64,000 nucleotides of DNA from Akkermansia muciniphila. Lineage in GTDB: Bacteria > Verrucomicrobiota > Verrucomicrobiia > Limisphaerales > UBA9464. The DNA lies in assembly GCA_945893185.1 (NCBI GenBank), contig CAMDDW010000006.1:13495-77494 (forward strand). Direction: 5' to 3'. Position numbers and translations under genes: made by a program. Below, in pieces: positions 35,933-45,786 of the stretch (position 1 is its first letter; each line of letters opens with the position of its first letter). The notes under the pieces were generated by a model. It saw only the letters and a program-made list of their open reading frames with translations. It was not told the origin of the DNA and did not search any database.

Positions 35933-37378
35933 TCAGGCCAAAACCGCCCGAATCACCTCTCCGTGGACATCGGTCAAACGACGATTAGCCCCCTGGTGAA
36001 GGACATTCAGACGCTCGTGGTTCAAACCCAACAAGTGCAACGCCGTGGCATGGAAATCATAGGTGGTGGTGATGTCACGGGCCGCCTTCCAAGACCACTC
36101 ATCGCTTTGGCCGTAAGACACTCCGGGGCGCACCCCCGCCCCAGCCATCCAACCGACGAAGGTCCCACCATTGTGATCCCGACCTTCGCTGCTTTGGGCA
36201 AACGGCATCCGTCCAAATTCCGTGTTCCAGAGAACCAAAGTGTCTTCGAGCAGCCCGCAGGATCTGAGGTCCTGAAGAAGTCCGGCAATCGGAAGATCCG
36301 TCGACGCGCACATGGGCGGAAGTTCCTTAGCCATATTGGCATGGTTGTCCCAATTGCCCGTGGGCCCACCGGTACCACTCCAAACTTGAACGAAGCGGAC
36401 CCCGCGCTCCACCAACCGACGGGCCATCAGGCAACGGCGACCAAAATCCTCAGATTCAGGGCGATCCATACCATAAAGCCGGCGAGTGGCCGAACTTTCC
36501 ACGCTCAAATCGAAGGCCTCCGGCGCACTTAATTGCATGCGGGCAGCCAACTCGTAGGCTTGGATTCGGGCTTCTAAACGCGGATCGGAATCGTTGGCCT
36601 CGAGGTGCCGGCGATTCCACTGCTGCAGCAAGGTCAACCCTTCGCGACTGGCCTCCGGCGTGACGCTCAGGGCGGAGGCGGGCGGCCTCAGATAAGCCAT
36701 CGGGGACGGGTTGCCCGCATGAATAAGGGTTCCCTGATGAGCCACAGGCAGAAATCCCGCCGAAAAATTGCCCCGCTGATTGTACGGGAGCCCTTTGGTG
36801 TCTGGCAGCACCACGAAGCCCGGAAGGTTGTCGGCCTCGCTGCCCAGGGCATAGCCGACCCAGGCCCCGAAGGCGGGGAATCCGGGCAACAAAGACCCGG
36901 TGTTCATGAGGTAACTGGCCGGCCCGTGGACATTGGTCCGAGACTGCATGGCCATCAGGAAGGCCATGTCATCCACGCATCGGGCCAGGTTCGGCATTAG
37001 GTCGCTGACCCAGCGCCCACTCTGGCCATGCTGCCGCAGAGGGACCGGCGGTTTGAGCACCTTACCCGGTTCACTCGTTGGGGCCTCGATCCGCACACTA
37101 GAACCGGGATCGAAGGGTTGACCGGCCCGACGGAACAACTCCGGTTTGTGATCGAAGAGGTCCATCTGGCTGGCCCCGCCATTCATGAACAATTGGATCA
37201 CCCGCTTGGCTCGGGGCCGGTGGTGCGGCCGGTGCCCCATGGCTTGGGGATCCAGGCGGGAAGCGTTGTCGCCGGCCAAGAGTTGGCCCAAAGCAACACT
37301 TCCAAAACCAGCCCCCAACCGACTAACAAAGTCGCGCCGGGAAACCCCGGGGCCCTGATTTAATCCAGTGGTGTTCAT
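35933..37378 (-). CDS. DUF1501 domain protein (sulfatase-like fold) with Tat-type signal
   Basis: SRRDFVSRLGAGFGSVALG twin-arginine-like N-terminus. KRVIQLFMNGGASQMDLFDHKP, and C-terminal GRDHNGGTF...DFHATALHLLGL, characteristic of DUF1501. Confidence 0.9.
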   Translation of the reverse strand: MNTTGLNQGPGVSRRDFVSRLGAGFGSVALGQLLAGDNASRLDPQAMGHRPHHRPRAKRVIQLFMNGGASQMDLFDHKPELFRRAGQPFDPGSSVRIEAPTSEPGKVLKPPVPLRQHGQSGRWVSDLMPNLARCVDDMAFLMAMQSRTNVHGPASYLMNTGSLLPGFPAFGAWVGYALGSEADNLPGFVVLPDTKGLPYNQRGNFSAGFLPVAHQGTLIHAGNPSPMAYLRPPASALSVTPEASREGLTLLQQWNRRHLEANDSDPRLEARIQAYELAARMQLSAPEAFDLSVESSATRRLYGMDRPESEDFGRRCLMARRLVERGVRFVQVWSGTGGPTGNWDNHANMAKELPPMCASTDLPIAGLLQDLRSCGLLEDTLVLWNTEFGRMPFAQSSEGRDHNGGTFVGWMAGAGVRPGVSYGQSDEWSWKAARDITTTYDFHATALHLLGLNHERLNVLHQGANRRLTDVHGEVIRAVLA

Positions 37379-40050
37379 GGCAGGAACAGAAACTCGTTGC
37401 TGTTGAAAAGCAGCCGGCAGGCGTTGGCCAAACCGTGTTGTTGCGCGTAGCGAGCCAGCGACTCCCTTTCAGAGGACGTGGGTGGGCGACCCCAAACCCA
37501 GCCAACGGCCTCCTCCCAGGGAATCTCACCTCCGACCCCGATTTCTTTGCCACGGGCCTCCAGAGCCCGAGCCCAGTGCTCCGCCTGACGAATGGAAAAG
37601 TCATGATTCCACAAGGCCAACGCCTGCTGAAGGGTCACCGAGTTGTCCCGAGCGGGCACCAGTTGATCACCCGCCGGACAGTCCAGCGCTTCCATCCAGG
37701 GATCGGGCAGCGTCCGGAACAAAAAGCGGTGCACGCTGCGTCGCCGACCCTCAGGCGAATCCGGATCAAATCGAGTGTAGTCCACCCGGGGTGTCACATG
37801 AATGCCCGGCTTCAAGTCGAATTGACGGTCACCCGGCCCGCCCATCCTCAAGTCGAGTCGCCCACTAATGAGCAGCATGCCGTCCCGCACACATTCGGCG
37901 TCCAACCGAGTCCGATTCATCCGGCTAAGCCACTGATTCTCCCCATCGGAGGCTGCCGCGACCTCTGTGCCCACGGGGCCCTTCTGGCTGCTCTGGCGGT
38001 AGGTCGCGCTGGTGAGCAGCAAGCGGTGCAACGCCTTGAAGGAACCTTGGGCCTCATCCCGAAACCATACGGCCAACCAATCGAGCAACTCCGGGTGGGA
38101 CGGTGCGGCGCCCATGCGACCAAAGTCGTTGGGAGTATTCACCAAACCGCGTCCGAAATGGTGGAGCCAGACCCGATTGACGATGGAGCGCCAGGTCAAC
38201 GGATTGTCTCGATGGGACAGCCAACGGGCCAGCGCCGCACGCCGATCCCCTTCCTCGGAACCCTCTGACACCGCAAACCGGGAGGGCAGGCCTGCGATGC
38301 ACGACAAGGTCCCCGGACCCACCTCTTCGCGGGGTTGGGTAATTTCGCCCCGGTTCAAGCGGTGGATCGTCCGAGGCCGCAAGGACGGTTTGAGTCCCCC
38401 GTCGGGTTCAAAATTACTTGCGGCGGCATAGACCTTTGACGGCTCGGGTAACGTTGCCAATTGCTCCCGAAGACGCTCCCGTAAAACAAAGGTCGCCACC
38501 AAGCGCTGTTGATCCCGGGTCCACTCCTTGGGCGAGTGCTCGAGGATCGAGTCGATTTGGGCCGGCACCACTCGACTGGCCTGACCGGACGCGTCGGTCA
38601 CCGAGACACGGAATCGGCCAATCACATGAGACTCTCCATGAGCCTGGCGCAAGATCAGGCTCAGTTGGTCTCCTGGACGAGACTGAAGCGGTTCAGCCAG
38701 TTCAAAGACTGCGCGGTGTGGCTGCCCCTCCTTGGGATGAATACCCCAGGCCGTCTTTTCCTGGCCGTCGATGGCATGAGCCGCCGTCCATCCATCTTGG
38801 TCGAAACTGGACGTAGCTCGAGCCCAACGGAGCCGCCGGGGTTCCGTGGCTCCCACAGAAAAGACCCACAATTCAATTTCGCTCAGGTGAAGATTCCCGT
38901 TTTGCTCATTTCGACCCGGACCTCGATGGGGCAATGAATCGTCCGGCAAAAGTTCCAACTGAATCGCACTCACCGGACGCCCGCCGGCAGACCGCGTCAG
39001 GGTGTAAACGTCTCGTTCGGGCCGAGTTCCGCTGACCCGATACGAGCCGTCGGATTGTCGTTGGAGCGTGGCCTTGCCTGCCGAAACAAACGTCTGAGCT
39101 TCCCAGGTTGCCCAGACCGCAGGTCGCACACGGCGCTGGTCCGACCACTGCCGAACCTCGTCGCGAACCTGGGGTGATTCCAGCAAGTCCGCGTCACCCC
39201 GCTCCAACTGACGTTGCTGGTGCATCCAACGCTGCCGCCGGACATGCACCGACGGGTCCCGATCAAAGACCCGATTCGCGCGTTCGACGCCAGAAAACAC
39301 CGCCTGCAGGGCGTAATAATCCGACTGCGGAATGGGATCAAACTTGTGGTCGTGGCATCGGGCGCAATGAACCGTGGTACTATTAAACACCGAGAGGACC
39401 GTGCTGATCATGTCATCGCGATCCACATACCGACCTAATTGGCGATCGAGCGTGTCCTCACGAATGTCGCGCAGAGAACTCTCGTCCCAAGGGCCCGCGG
39501 CGATCATGCCTAGAGCGACGGTCGCCTCGGGTCTATCGGGATACAGCACATCTCCAGCGACCTGCTCCTCGACGAAGCGTCCATAAGGCCGGTCGGAATT
39601 AAATGCCTCGACCAGATAATCACGGTACGGCCAAGCCTGTTCGCGAATGCGGTCCTGATCGTGGCCGTGGGTCTCAGCAAAGTGGACCGCGTCCATCCAG
39701 TGACGAGCCCAGCGTTCCCCGTAGCGGGGCGAGGCCAGCAACCGATCGATCTCCCGCTCATAAGCCTTCGGCGAGGTGTCCGCCAAGAATCGCTGATAGT
39801 CGCTGGGCGACGGGGGCAAACCAATCAAGTCCCAATAAATCCGCCGCAAAAGGGTCGACCGATCGGCTTCCGGGGAGGGCTTCAGTCCCCGAGCCTTCCA
39901 TTGCGCCCGGATAAAAGTATCCACCGGCTGGAAAATCTCGGCCTCGGTCTCGGGAACCCGGGGCGAACGCAGCGGCACATACGCCCAATGCGGTTCGACA
40001 GCCCAAACGGCCATGCTCGTCCAAATTAGGAGGATCCACAGGTATCTCAT
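37375..40050 (-). CDS. DUF1549 (PSCyt2) / DUF1553 (PSD1) domain protein, no N-terminal cytochrome domain
   Basis: 891 aa. DUF1549 block: IDTFIRAQWKARGLKPSPEADRSTLLRRIYWDLIGLPPSP...ASPRYGERWARHWMD. The CARCHDHKFDPI motif. DUF1553-like C-terminus (VNRVWLHHFGRGLV). 4-nt overlap with the DUF1501 gene. Confidence 0.9.
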   Translation of the reverse strand: MRYLWILLIWTSMAVWAVEPHWAYVPLRSPRVPETEAEIFQPVDTFIRAQWKARGLKPSPEADRSTLLRRIYWDLIGLPPSPSDYQRFLADTSPKAYEREIDRLLASPRYGERWARHWMDAVHFAETHGHDQDRIREQAWPYRDYLVEAFNSDRPYGRFVEEQVAGDVLYPDRPEATVALGMIAAGPWDESSLRDIREDTLDRQLGRYVDRDDMISTVLSVFNSTTVHCARCHDHKFDPIPQSDYYALQAVFSGVERANRVFDRDPSVHVRRQRWMHQQRQLERGDADLLESPQVRDEVRQWSDQRRVRPAVWATWEAQTFVSAGKATLQRQSDGSYRVSGTRPERDVYTLTRSAGGRPVSAIQLELLPDDSLPHRGPGRNEQNGNLHLSEIELWVFSVGATEPRRLRWARATSSFDQDGWTAAHAIDGQEKTAWGIHPKEGQPHRAVFELAEPLQSRPGDQLSLILRQAHGESHVIGRFRVSVTDASGQASRVVPAQIDSILEHSPKEWTRDQQRLVATFVLRERLREQLATLPEPSKVYAAASNFEPDGGLKPSLRPRTIHRLNRGEITQPREEVGPGTLSCIAGLPSRFAVSEGSEEGDRRAALARWLSHRDNPLTWRSIVNRVWLHHFGRGLVNTPNDFGRMGAAPSHPELLDWLAVWFRDEAQGSFKALHRLLLTSATYRQSSQKGPVGTEVAAASDGENQWLSRMNRTRLDAECVRDGMLLISGRLDLRMGGPGDRQFDLKPGIHVTPRVDYTRFDPDSPEGRRRSVHRFLFRTLPDPWMEALDCPAGDQLVPARDNSVTLQQALALWNHDFSIRQAEHWARALEARGKEIGVGGEIPWEEAVGWVWGRPPTSSERESLARYAQQHGLANACRLLFNSNEFLFLP

Positions 40051-40282
40051 GGGGTGCGGTTGAGCATGCTCATCTCGGATCCGATGACCAGCGAGGATCT
40101 ATGCCTGCCGAGAAAACCTGACTAAAAACAACCCGACCTACCCCCACGGATTGCAATTTAAAGCCCCCTCAGAGAGATAGAAGAGCGTGGGTAATGCGGC
40201 CCGTTCCCTTCCCTGACTCGGAGTTCCACCGTTGACCCCTGCGTGGGCTTACTTAGCCTCACCCCCCGTGAGCCGATTTTCC

Positions 40283-41344
40283 ATGCGTCTGTTGCTGGTG
40301 ATGACCTGCCTCTGGATCGGGGTGATGAATTGCCCCGCGCCCTTGATCTATCGACCCGGTGAAGGCTGGACCTACGAAGCCGTGGGCGCCGGGGCGGCCT
40401 GGCAGCGCAAACGGGCCAAAGACCAATTGGTGGTGGCTCAAGAGGCCTTTGATGCTGGCCAGTACCGACTCGCTCTCAAAGCCGCCAAGCACACCACCAA
40501 GACCTGGCCCCTGTCGGATTCTTCCGGCCGCGCCCAGTACCTGATCGGCCGCTGCTACGAGGCCCGCAAGATGGATGAGCGAGCCTTCAAAGAGTACCAG
40601 AAGGCACTGATCAAATATCCCAAGTTGGAAAACTACTCAGAGATCCAACAACGCCAATTCGAGATCGCCAACCGCTACCTCGGCGGACAGTGGTTCAAAC
40701 TGTGGGGCTACATCCCCTTCTTTCCGTCGATGGACCGCACCGCCAAGCTGTTTGATCAGGTTAACAAGAATGGCCCCTACAGCGAAATCGGACCTAAGGC
40801 ATTGATGAACATCGGTGCCGCCCGGGAAAAGCAGAAGGACTTCCGCCTGGCGGTGCGCGCCTACGAGCGGGCCGCCGACAAGTACTACGATCGCCCCAAG
40901 GTGGGTGCCGACGCCATGTATGCCGCGGGCATCGCCTGGAACCGCCTGGCCCGGCGCGCTGAGTACGATCAATCCATCGCAGGCAACGCCATCAACTTCC
41001 TCAATGACTTCAAGGCGCTCTATCCCGACGACCAGCGCTCCGAGGAAGCCACGAAAATTGTCGCCTCACTGAAGACCGAGCAGGCCCGGGGCGCTCTGAA
41101 GACCGCCGAGTTCTACGAGAAGTACAAGCGCTACCAGGGTGCGCTAGTCTATTACAACGAAGCGCTCGTGAAGGACCCGAACTCCACGTTTGCGGCTCAG
41201 GCCCGCGAACGGATCGAATTCCTCAAGCCCAAGGCACAGAAACAAGTGCGCCGGTGGTCCGAAGTCGATGCCCGCCAATTGCAGCGCGAGCGCATCAACT
41301 CGACCAACGCACCCGCCAGCAAGACCCAAAAACAATCCAAATGA
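40283..41344 (+). CDS. bamD: BamD-like TPR outer-membrane lipoprotein
   Basis: Start at the ATG at 40283 (MRLLLVMTCLWIGVMNC...). TPR-like repeats with the YfiO/BamD-type pattern (AQEAFDAGQYRLALKAAKHTTKTWPLSDSSGRAQYLIGRCY..., EFYEKYKRYQGALVYYNEAL). Context also includes LptE-like, BamB-like and lgt genes. Confidence 0.65.
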   Translation: MRLLLVMTCLWIGVMNCPAPLIYRPGEGWTYEAVGAGAAWQRKRAKDQLVVAQEAFDAGQYRLALKAAKHTTKTWPLSDSSGRAQYLIGRCYEARKMDERAFKEYQKALIKYPKLENYSEIQQRQFEIANRYLGGQWFKLWGYIPFFPSMDRTAKLFDQVNKNGPYSEIGPKALMNIGAAREKQKDFRLAVRAYERAADKYYDRPKVGADAMYAAGIAWNRLARRAEYDQSIAGNAINFLNDFKALYPDDQRSEEATKIVASLKTEQARGALKTAEFYEKYKRYQGALVYYNEALVKDPNSTFAAQARERIEFLKPKAQKQVRRWSEVDARQLQRERINSTNAPASKTQKQSK

Positions 41345-41877
41345 GCACCGCAGCCAACCCCACCCGCTGGTCGACCGTGGCCTCCTTGCTCGCCGTGACC
41401 TTGGGAATCGTGGTCGGCTGTGGTGGTTACTCACTAGGCCCCAGCAATGGACAATCGGCGGGCGTCCGAGCCATTCGCATCGGCCACGTCGCCAACGGGA
41501 CCGACGAGCCCCGCCTGGCCGACGCGGTCAGCCACGCCCTCCGCGCCCAAGTCCATGTCGATGGCACGTTTCGCTTAGCCACCCAAGACGACGGCGACAT
41601 CGTCATCACCACCGCGCTTCAAAAATTCCAGCGCAATCCCCTGACCTTCCAATCGAAGGACATCATCGCCACCCGCGACTATGACGTCATCCTTACGGCC
41701 CACGTCAAAGCGATCGAGGTAGGCAGCGGCAAGGTGTTGCTCGATCAGGAAGTCATCGGACGGACCTCCATTCGCAGCACGGCAGACTTGGGTTCCGCCG
41801 AGCGTCAGGCCGCCCCGCTGCTGGCCGAAAACCTCGCACGCAACATCATCAGCCGCCTTTCCGAAGGTTCCTGGTGA
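41341..41877 (+). CDS. LptE-like lipoprotein
   Basis: ATG at 41341 overlaps the bamD-like stop (ATGA). Lipobox IVVGCGG. 178 aa, with the LptE-like layout (ANGTDEPRLADAVSHALRAQV...LLAENLARNIISRL). Assignment rests on size, lipobox and context and is only moderately confident. Confidence 0.5.
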   Translation: MSTAANPTRWSTVASLLAVTLGIVVGCGGYSLGPSNGQSAGVRAIRIGHVANGTDEPRLADAVSHALRAQVHVDGTFRLATQDDGDIVITTALQKFQRNPLTFQSKDIIATRDYDVILTAHVKAIEVGSGKVLLDQEVIGRTSIRSTADLGSAERQAAPLLAENLARNIISRLSEGSW

Positions 41878-43181
41878 TTCCTGTTTCCATGATGGCCACC
41901 ACTCCGTTCCGTCGCCGGACTCTTCTCGCCCTAATCGGCACCGTTCTCGGGGCCGCCATCTTCCTAGGCTCAGCGACACACGCCGCTGAAACTCAGGCCA
42001 ACGACTGGCCGGGTTGGCGAGGTCGAAATCGTGATGGTCACGCCAGCGATCCCTTGCCTGCGCGTGTCGATTCCGCCCCCAAGCCGCTCTGGCGCAAATC
42101 CATTGGTCATGGTTATTCCGGAGTCGTCGTATCGGGCCAGCAGCTGGTCTTTCTGGACGATTCCAGCGGTCAGGAAACCGCCCATTGCCTCGATGCCGCG
42201 ACCGGTCGGGAATTGTGGTCTCAGCCCTTCGCCGAGCAGTACTCCGACGAATTCGAAGCAGGCCCTCGATGCACGCCACTCATCGATGGCAATCGGATCT
42301 ATGTGCAGAGCTGCTTTGGTGAGTTCGCCTGTCTTTCTCTCGACGACGGCAAGAAGCAGTGGGGGTTCCATTTTCGCGACTACGGAATGTTCTGGGTTAA
42401 GGACCGCTCGGGTGGTCCAGGAGCCGCAAACCGACGAGGCAATTCCGGATCGGCAGCCATCTCGGGCGATCGAATCTTCATCCAGATCGGCTCGACCAAT
42501 GGGGCGAGCATCGCCGCCTTCGACAAACTGCAGGGCCGACTCCTCTGGAAATCTCAGAACGACCTGACCAGCTACGCCTCCCTCATGACCGGAACCTTGG
42601 GCAATCGCCCGCAGGTGATCGGTGTGACCTGCGAGGGGTTGCTGGGATTGGAAGCCGCCTCCGGAGAAGCCTTGTGGCGGATCCCCTTCAAGACCGGAGC
42701 CAACCGCAACGTGCTCACCCCGGTGCTCGACGGCGACGGCGTCTTATTTGCCAGCTACACGACCGGACTGCGACGGGTTGTCATCGAAGCCGATGGACCG
42801 AAGGTTCAGGTCCGGCAGTCCTGGCTCAATCCGGACCTCAAGATCAACTTGTCCACGCCTGTTCTCGTGGGACGACACCTTTACGGTCATGGCCCCGACA
42901 AAGATTTCGTCTGCGTCGATGCTTCCACGGGAGCGATTCAGTGGCGACACACTGGCTTCAACCAATACGCCTCGACCTTGGCTTCGGGTTCCCGATTGCT
43001 GGTGCTCAACGATACGGGTGAAGTCATTCTGCTCGAGGCCAGCCCCACTCGGTATACAGAACTCGGCCGCTTTCAGGCCTGTGGCAAGACCTTCAGCCAT
43101 CCGGCCTACGCCCGCGGCATCCTCTACACCCGGGATAGTCGCGAACTAGTCGCCTGGCCCCTCCAGCCCTCGGCGCGCTAA
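41874..43181 (+). CDS. PQQ-like beta-propeller repeat protein (BamB-like by context)
   Basis: 435 aa. Signal peptide, DWPGWRGRNRDGH, propeller repeats. Paralogue of 24769..26010. GTG start overlaps the upstream stop; an alternative ATG lies at 41889. Confidence 0.8.
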   Translation: MIPVSMMATTPFRRRTLLALIGTVLGAAIFLGSATHAAETQANDWPGWRGRNRDGHASDPLPARVDSAPKPLWRKSIGHGYSGVVVSGQQLVFLDDSSGQETAHCLDAATGRELWSQPFAEQYSDEFEAGPRCTPLIDGNRIYVQSCFGEFACLSLDDGKKQWGFHFRDYGMFWVKDRSGGPGAANRRGNSGSAAISGDRIFIQIGSTNGASIAAFDKLQGRLLWKSQNDLTSYASLMTGTLGNRPQVIGVTCEGLLGLEAASGEALWRIPFKTGANRNVLTPVLDGDGVLFASYTTGLRRVVIEADGPKVQVRQSWLNPDLKINLSTPVLVGRHLYGHGPDKDFVCVDASTGAIQWRHTGFNQYASTLASGSRLLVLNDTGEVILLEASPTRYTELGRFQACGKTFSHPAYARGILYTRDSRELVAWPLQPSAR

Positions 43182-43208
43182 GTCCAGCCCCTCAAGAGCT
43201 TCCCTCCA

Positions 43209-44003
43209 TTGAAACCGATCCTCCTCGAACTCGGCAGCTTCCGGCTTCACTCCTTTGGCCTACTGGTGGCCCTGGGTTTCCTCGCCGGTTCCTGGATTGC
43301 CAGTCGTCGTGGACGAGCCATGGGACTGGATCCTCAGGCCATCCAAGACATTGTGTTCCCCTGGCTGCTGGTGGGCGGCCTGATCGGCGCACGCATCCTC
43401 TACGTCCTCAGCTATTGGCAACGGGATTTTGCCGGGCAACCCCTCGTTGAGGTACTGGCCATTTGGAAAGGGGGGCTCGTGTTCTACGGAGGCCTGATCG
43501 GAGCCACGATCGCCGGAGCCATCGGAATTCGCCGCAAGGGGCTACCGCTGTGGGCCACGGCGGACTGCCTGGCCATCGGTCTGGCCCTGGGACACTTTTT
43601 TGGACGCTTGGCCTGTCTACTGAACGGTTGCTGCTTTGGGCGGGCGTGTGTCCTGCCCTGGGGGATTCGCTTCCCGGCCGATCACGCCACCGGTGGCGTC
43701 TGGGTGCACCCCTCTCAACTGTACGAGGCCGCTCTCAACCTCCTGCTGTGCGGAGGTCTCATCGTCTGGCAATCCCGACGCCCGCATGGCCCTGGGCAAC
43801 TCTTCGCCCTCTACCTGATGGCCTATTCGGGAATCCGGTCTTTCACCGAATATTTTCGCGGAGATTACAGTTTCCAAAGCGCCCCGACCGCCGGCGTGTT
43901 TACCCCGGGCCAATCCACCAGCGTGTTTATTTGTGCTGCCGGACTTGCCGTGTGGTTTCTGCGACGGCCCCGCTCCGGTTCCACCGGTCCGCGCGTCGAC
44001 TAA
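43209..44003 (+). CDS. lgt: prolipoprotein diacylglyceryl transferase
   Basis: Lgt motifs: HSFGLLVALGFLAG, WKGGLVFYGGLIG, GRLACLLNGCCFGR, HPSQLYEA. TTG start in the ORF track. Confidence 0.9.
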   Translation: MKPILLELGSFRLHSFGLLVALGFLAGSWIASRRGRAMGLDPQAIQDIVFPWLLVGGLIGARILYVLSYWQRDFAGQPLVEVLAIWKGGLVFYGGLIGATIAGAIGIRRKGLPLWATADCLAIGLALGHFFGRLACLLNGCCFGRACVLPWGIRFPADHATGGVWVHPSQLYEAALNLLLCGGLIVWQSRRPHGPGQLFALYLMAYSGIRSFTEYFRGDYSFQSAPTAGVFTPGQSTSVFICAAGLAVWFLRRPRSGSTGPRVD

Positions 44004-44019
44004 CCAACGGACAAGCCGT

Positions 44020-45678
44020 TCATGACAGCCGGTTCAGTGCACTAATCACCGCCTGAATCGAAGCCAGTTCGATGTTGGTGTTCACGCCCGCTCCCCAGCG
44101 GGTCATGCCTTCGGCGGAGCGGATCTGGATGTAGGCGATGGCGCTGGCAGCCTCCCCCTCCGAGAGCGAATGCTGCTTGAACTGGGTGACCTCGAACCGG
44201 GGAACGCCCGCCTCGGCCAAGGCATGGACAAAGGCGGCAATCGGGCCATTGCCCCGACCGCGCATCGACACTTCCTGCCCCCCGCGCTTCATCGACGCCC
44301 GGCATTCAAAGAGATCATCCACGCCATCGGCATGGAAGTGAATGAGCGACCAAGGCTCGGTCCGCTGGACGTACTCCACCCAGAACATGGCTTTTAGTTC
44401 CTCGCCGCGGACCTCCCGGCCCAACGCATCCACCTGATCGTTGGCAATGGGACCAAACTCCCGCTGCAAGTCCTTGGGCAATTCGATGCCGAACTCCATC
44501 TCGAGCAAGTAAGCCACGCCACCCTTGCCCGACTGACTATTGACCCGGATCACCTCGCGGTACTCACGACCAATGTCTGCAGGATCCAGCGTGAGGTAGG
44601 GGACATCCCAATGACTGCGCGAGCCGGTCTCCCACTCGGCCAAGCCTTTCTTAATGGCATCCTGGTGGGAACCGCTGAACGCCGTGAAAACCAACTCGCC
44701 GGCGTAAGGATGCCGCGGCGGCACCGTCAAGCCTGTGCAACGCTCATAAACCTCGCGGATCTTCCCCAAATTCGAGAGGTCGAGATTCGGATGTATGCCG
44801 AGCATGTAGAGATTCAGGGCCACCGCGACCACATCCAGATTGCCCGTGCGCTCCCCGTTGCCGAAGAGAGTGCCTTCGACGCGGTCCGCGCCGGCCAAGA
44901 GCCCCAGTTCGGTGGCTGCCACGCCCGTGGAGCGATCGTTGTGGGTGTGCAAGCTGACGATGAGGCTGTTCCGATCGCGGATGTGGCGGCACATCCATTC
45001 GATTTGATCGGCGTACACATTCGGCGTCGCCACCTCCACTGTGCACGGCAGATTCAGAATCATCTTCCGCTCCGGGGTCGGCTGCCACACGGCCATCACC
45101 GCTTCGGAGATCTCCAACGCGAACTCAAGTTCGGTGGCGCTGAAGCTTTCCGGAGAATACTGCAGCCGGACATCCGTGCCCTTCAACCGGTGCAGGCGCT
45201 CTTGGACCCAACGCGCTCCCTGAACCGCGATGGCCTTAATTTCCTCACGACTTTTTCCGAACACCACCCGGCGCTGAGCCGGCGACGTGGAATTGTACAG
45301 GTGGATGATCACCCGTTTGGCACCCATCAACGACTCGATCGTCCGCTCGATCAAATCTTCCCGGGCCTGGACCAGGACCTGGATGGTCACGTCTTCCGGA
45401 ATCCGATTTTCCTCGATGAGCCGCCGATTGAAGGCGAACTCGGTGTTCGATGCCGAGGGGAACCCGACCTCGATCTCCTTGAAGCCGCAGTTCACCAGCG
45501 TCTGGAACAGCTCGAGTTTCTGGGCCACGTTCATGGGCACAGCCAGCGCCTGATTGCCGTCGCGAAGGTCGACACTGCACCAGATGGGAGGCGCGCTCAG
45601 CGTGCGTGCAGGCCATTGACGGTCGCGCAAGTCCACCGCCGGAGCGGGGCGATACTTCGTGGCTGGATTCTTCAACAT
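44020..45678 (-). CDS. leuA: 2-isopropylmalate synthase (long, LeuA type 2 form)
   Basis: 552 aa. PIWCSVDLRDGNQAL, HTHNDRSTGVA, and a C-terminal LeuA dimerisation/regulatory domain. Confidence 0.95.
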   Translation of the reverse strand: MLKNPATKYRPAPAVDLRDRQWPARTLSAPPIWCSVDLRDGNQALAVPMNVAQKLELFQTLVNCGFKEIEVGFPSASNTEFAFNRRLIEENRIPEDVTIQVLVQAREDLIERTIESLMGAKRVIIHLYNSTSPAQRRVVFGKSREEIKAIAVQGARWVQERLHRLKGTDVRLQYSPESFSATELEFALEISEAVMAVWQPTPERKMILNLPCTVEVATPNVYADQIEWMCRHIRDRNSLIVSLHTHNDRSTGVAATELGLLAGADRVEGTLFGNGERTGNLDVVAVALNLYMLGIHPNLDLSNLGKIREVYERCTGLTVPPRHPYAGELVFTAFSGSHQDAIKKGLAEWETGSRSHWDVPYLTLDPADIGREYREVIRVNSQSGKGGVAYLLEMEFGIELPKDLQREFGPIANDQVDALGREVRGEELKAMFWVEYVQRTEPWSLIHFHADGVDDLFECRASMKRGGQEVSMRGRGNGPIAAFVHALAEAGVPRFEVTQFKQHSLSEGEAASAIAYIQIRSAEGMTRWGAGVNTNIELASIQAVISALNRLS

Positions 45679-45786
45679 ATCCGAAACTGTAGATAGGATA
45701 CGATGCCCGGGCCCGTTGCGGCAGGAAAAAAGGTTCCCGTTGATTTCACTGAGTGCCGCCTCCGAAAACTCAAGTAGCGCCCGGAA

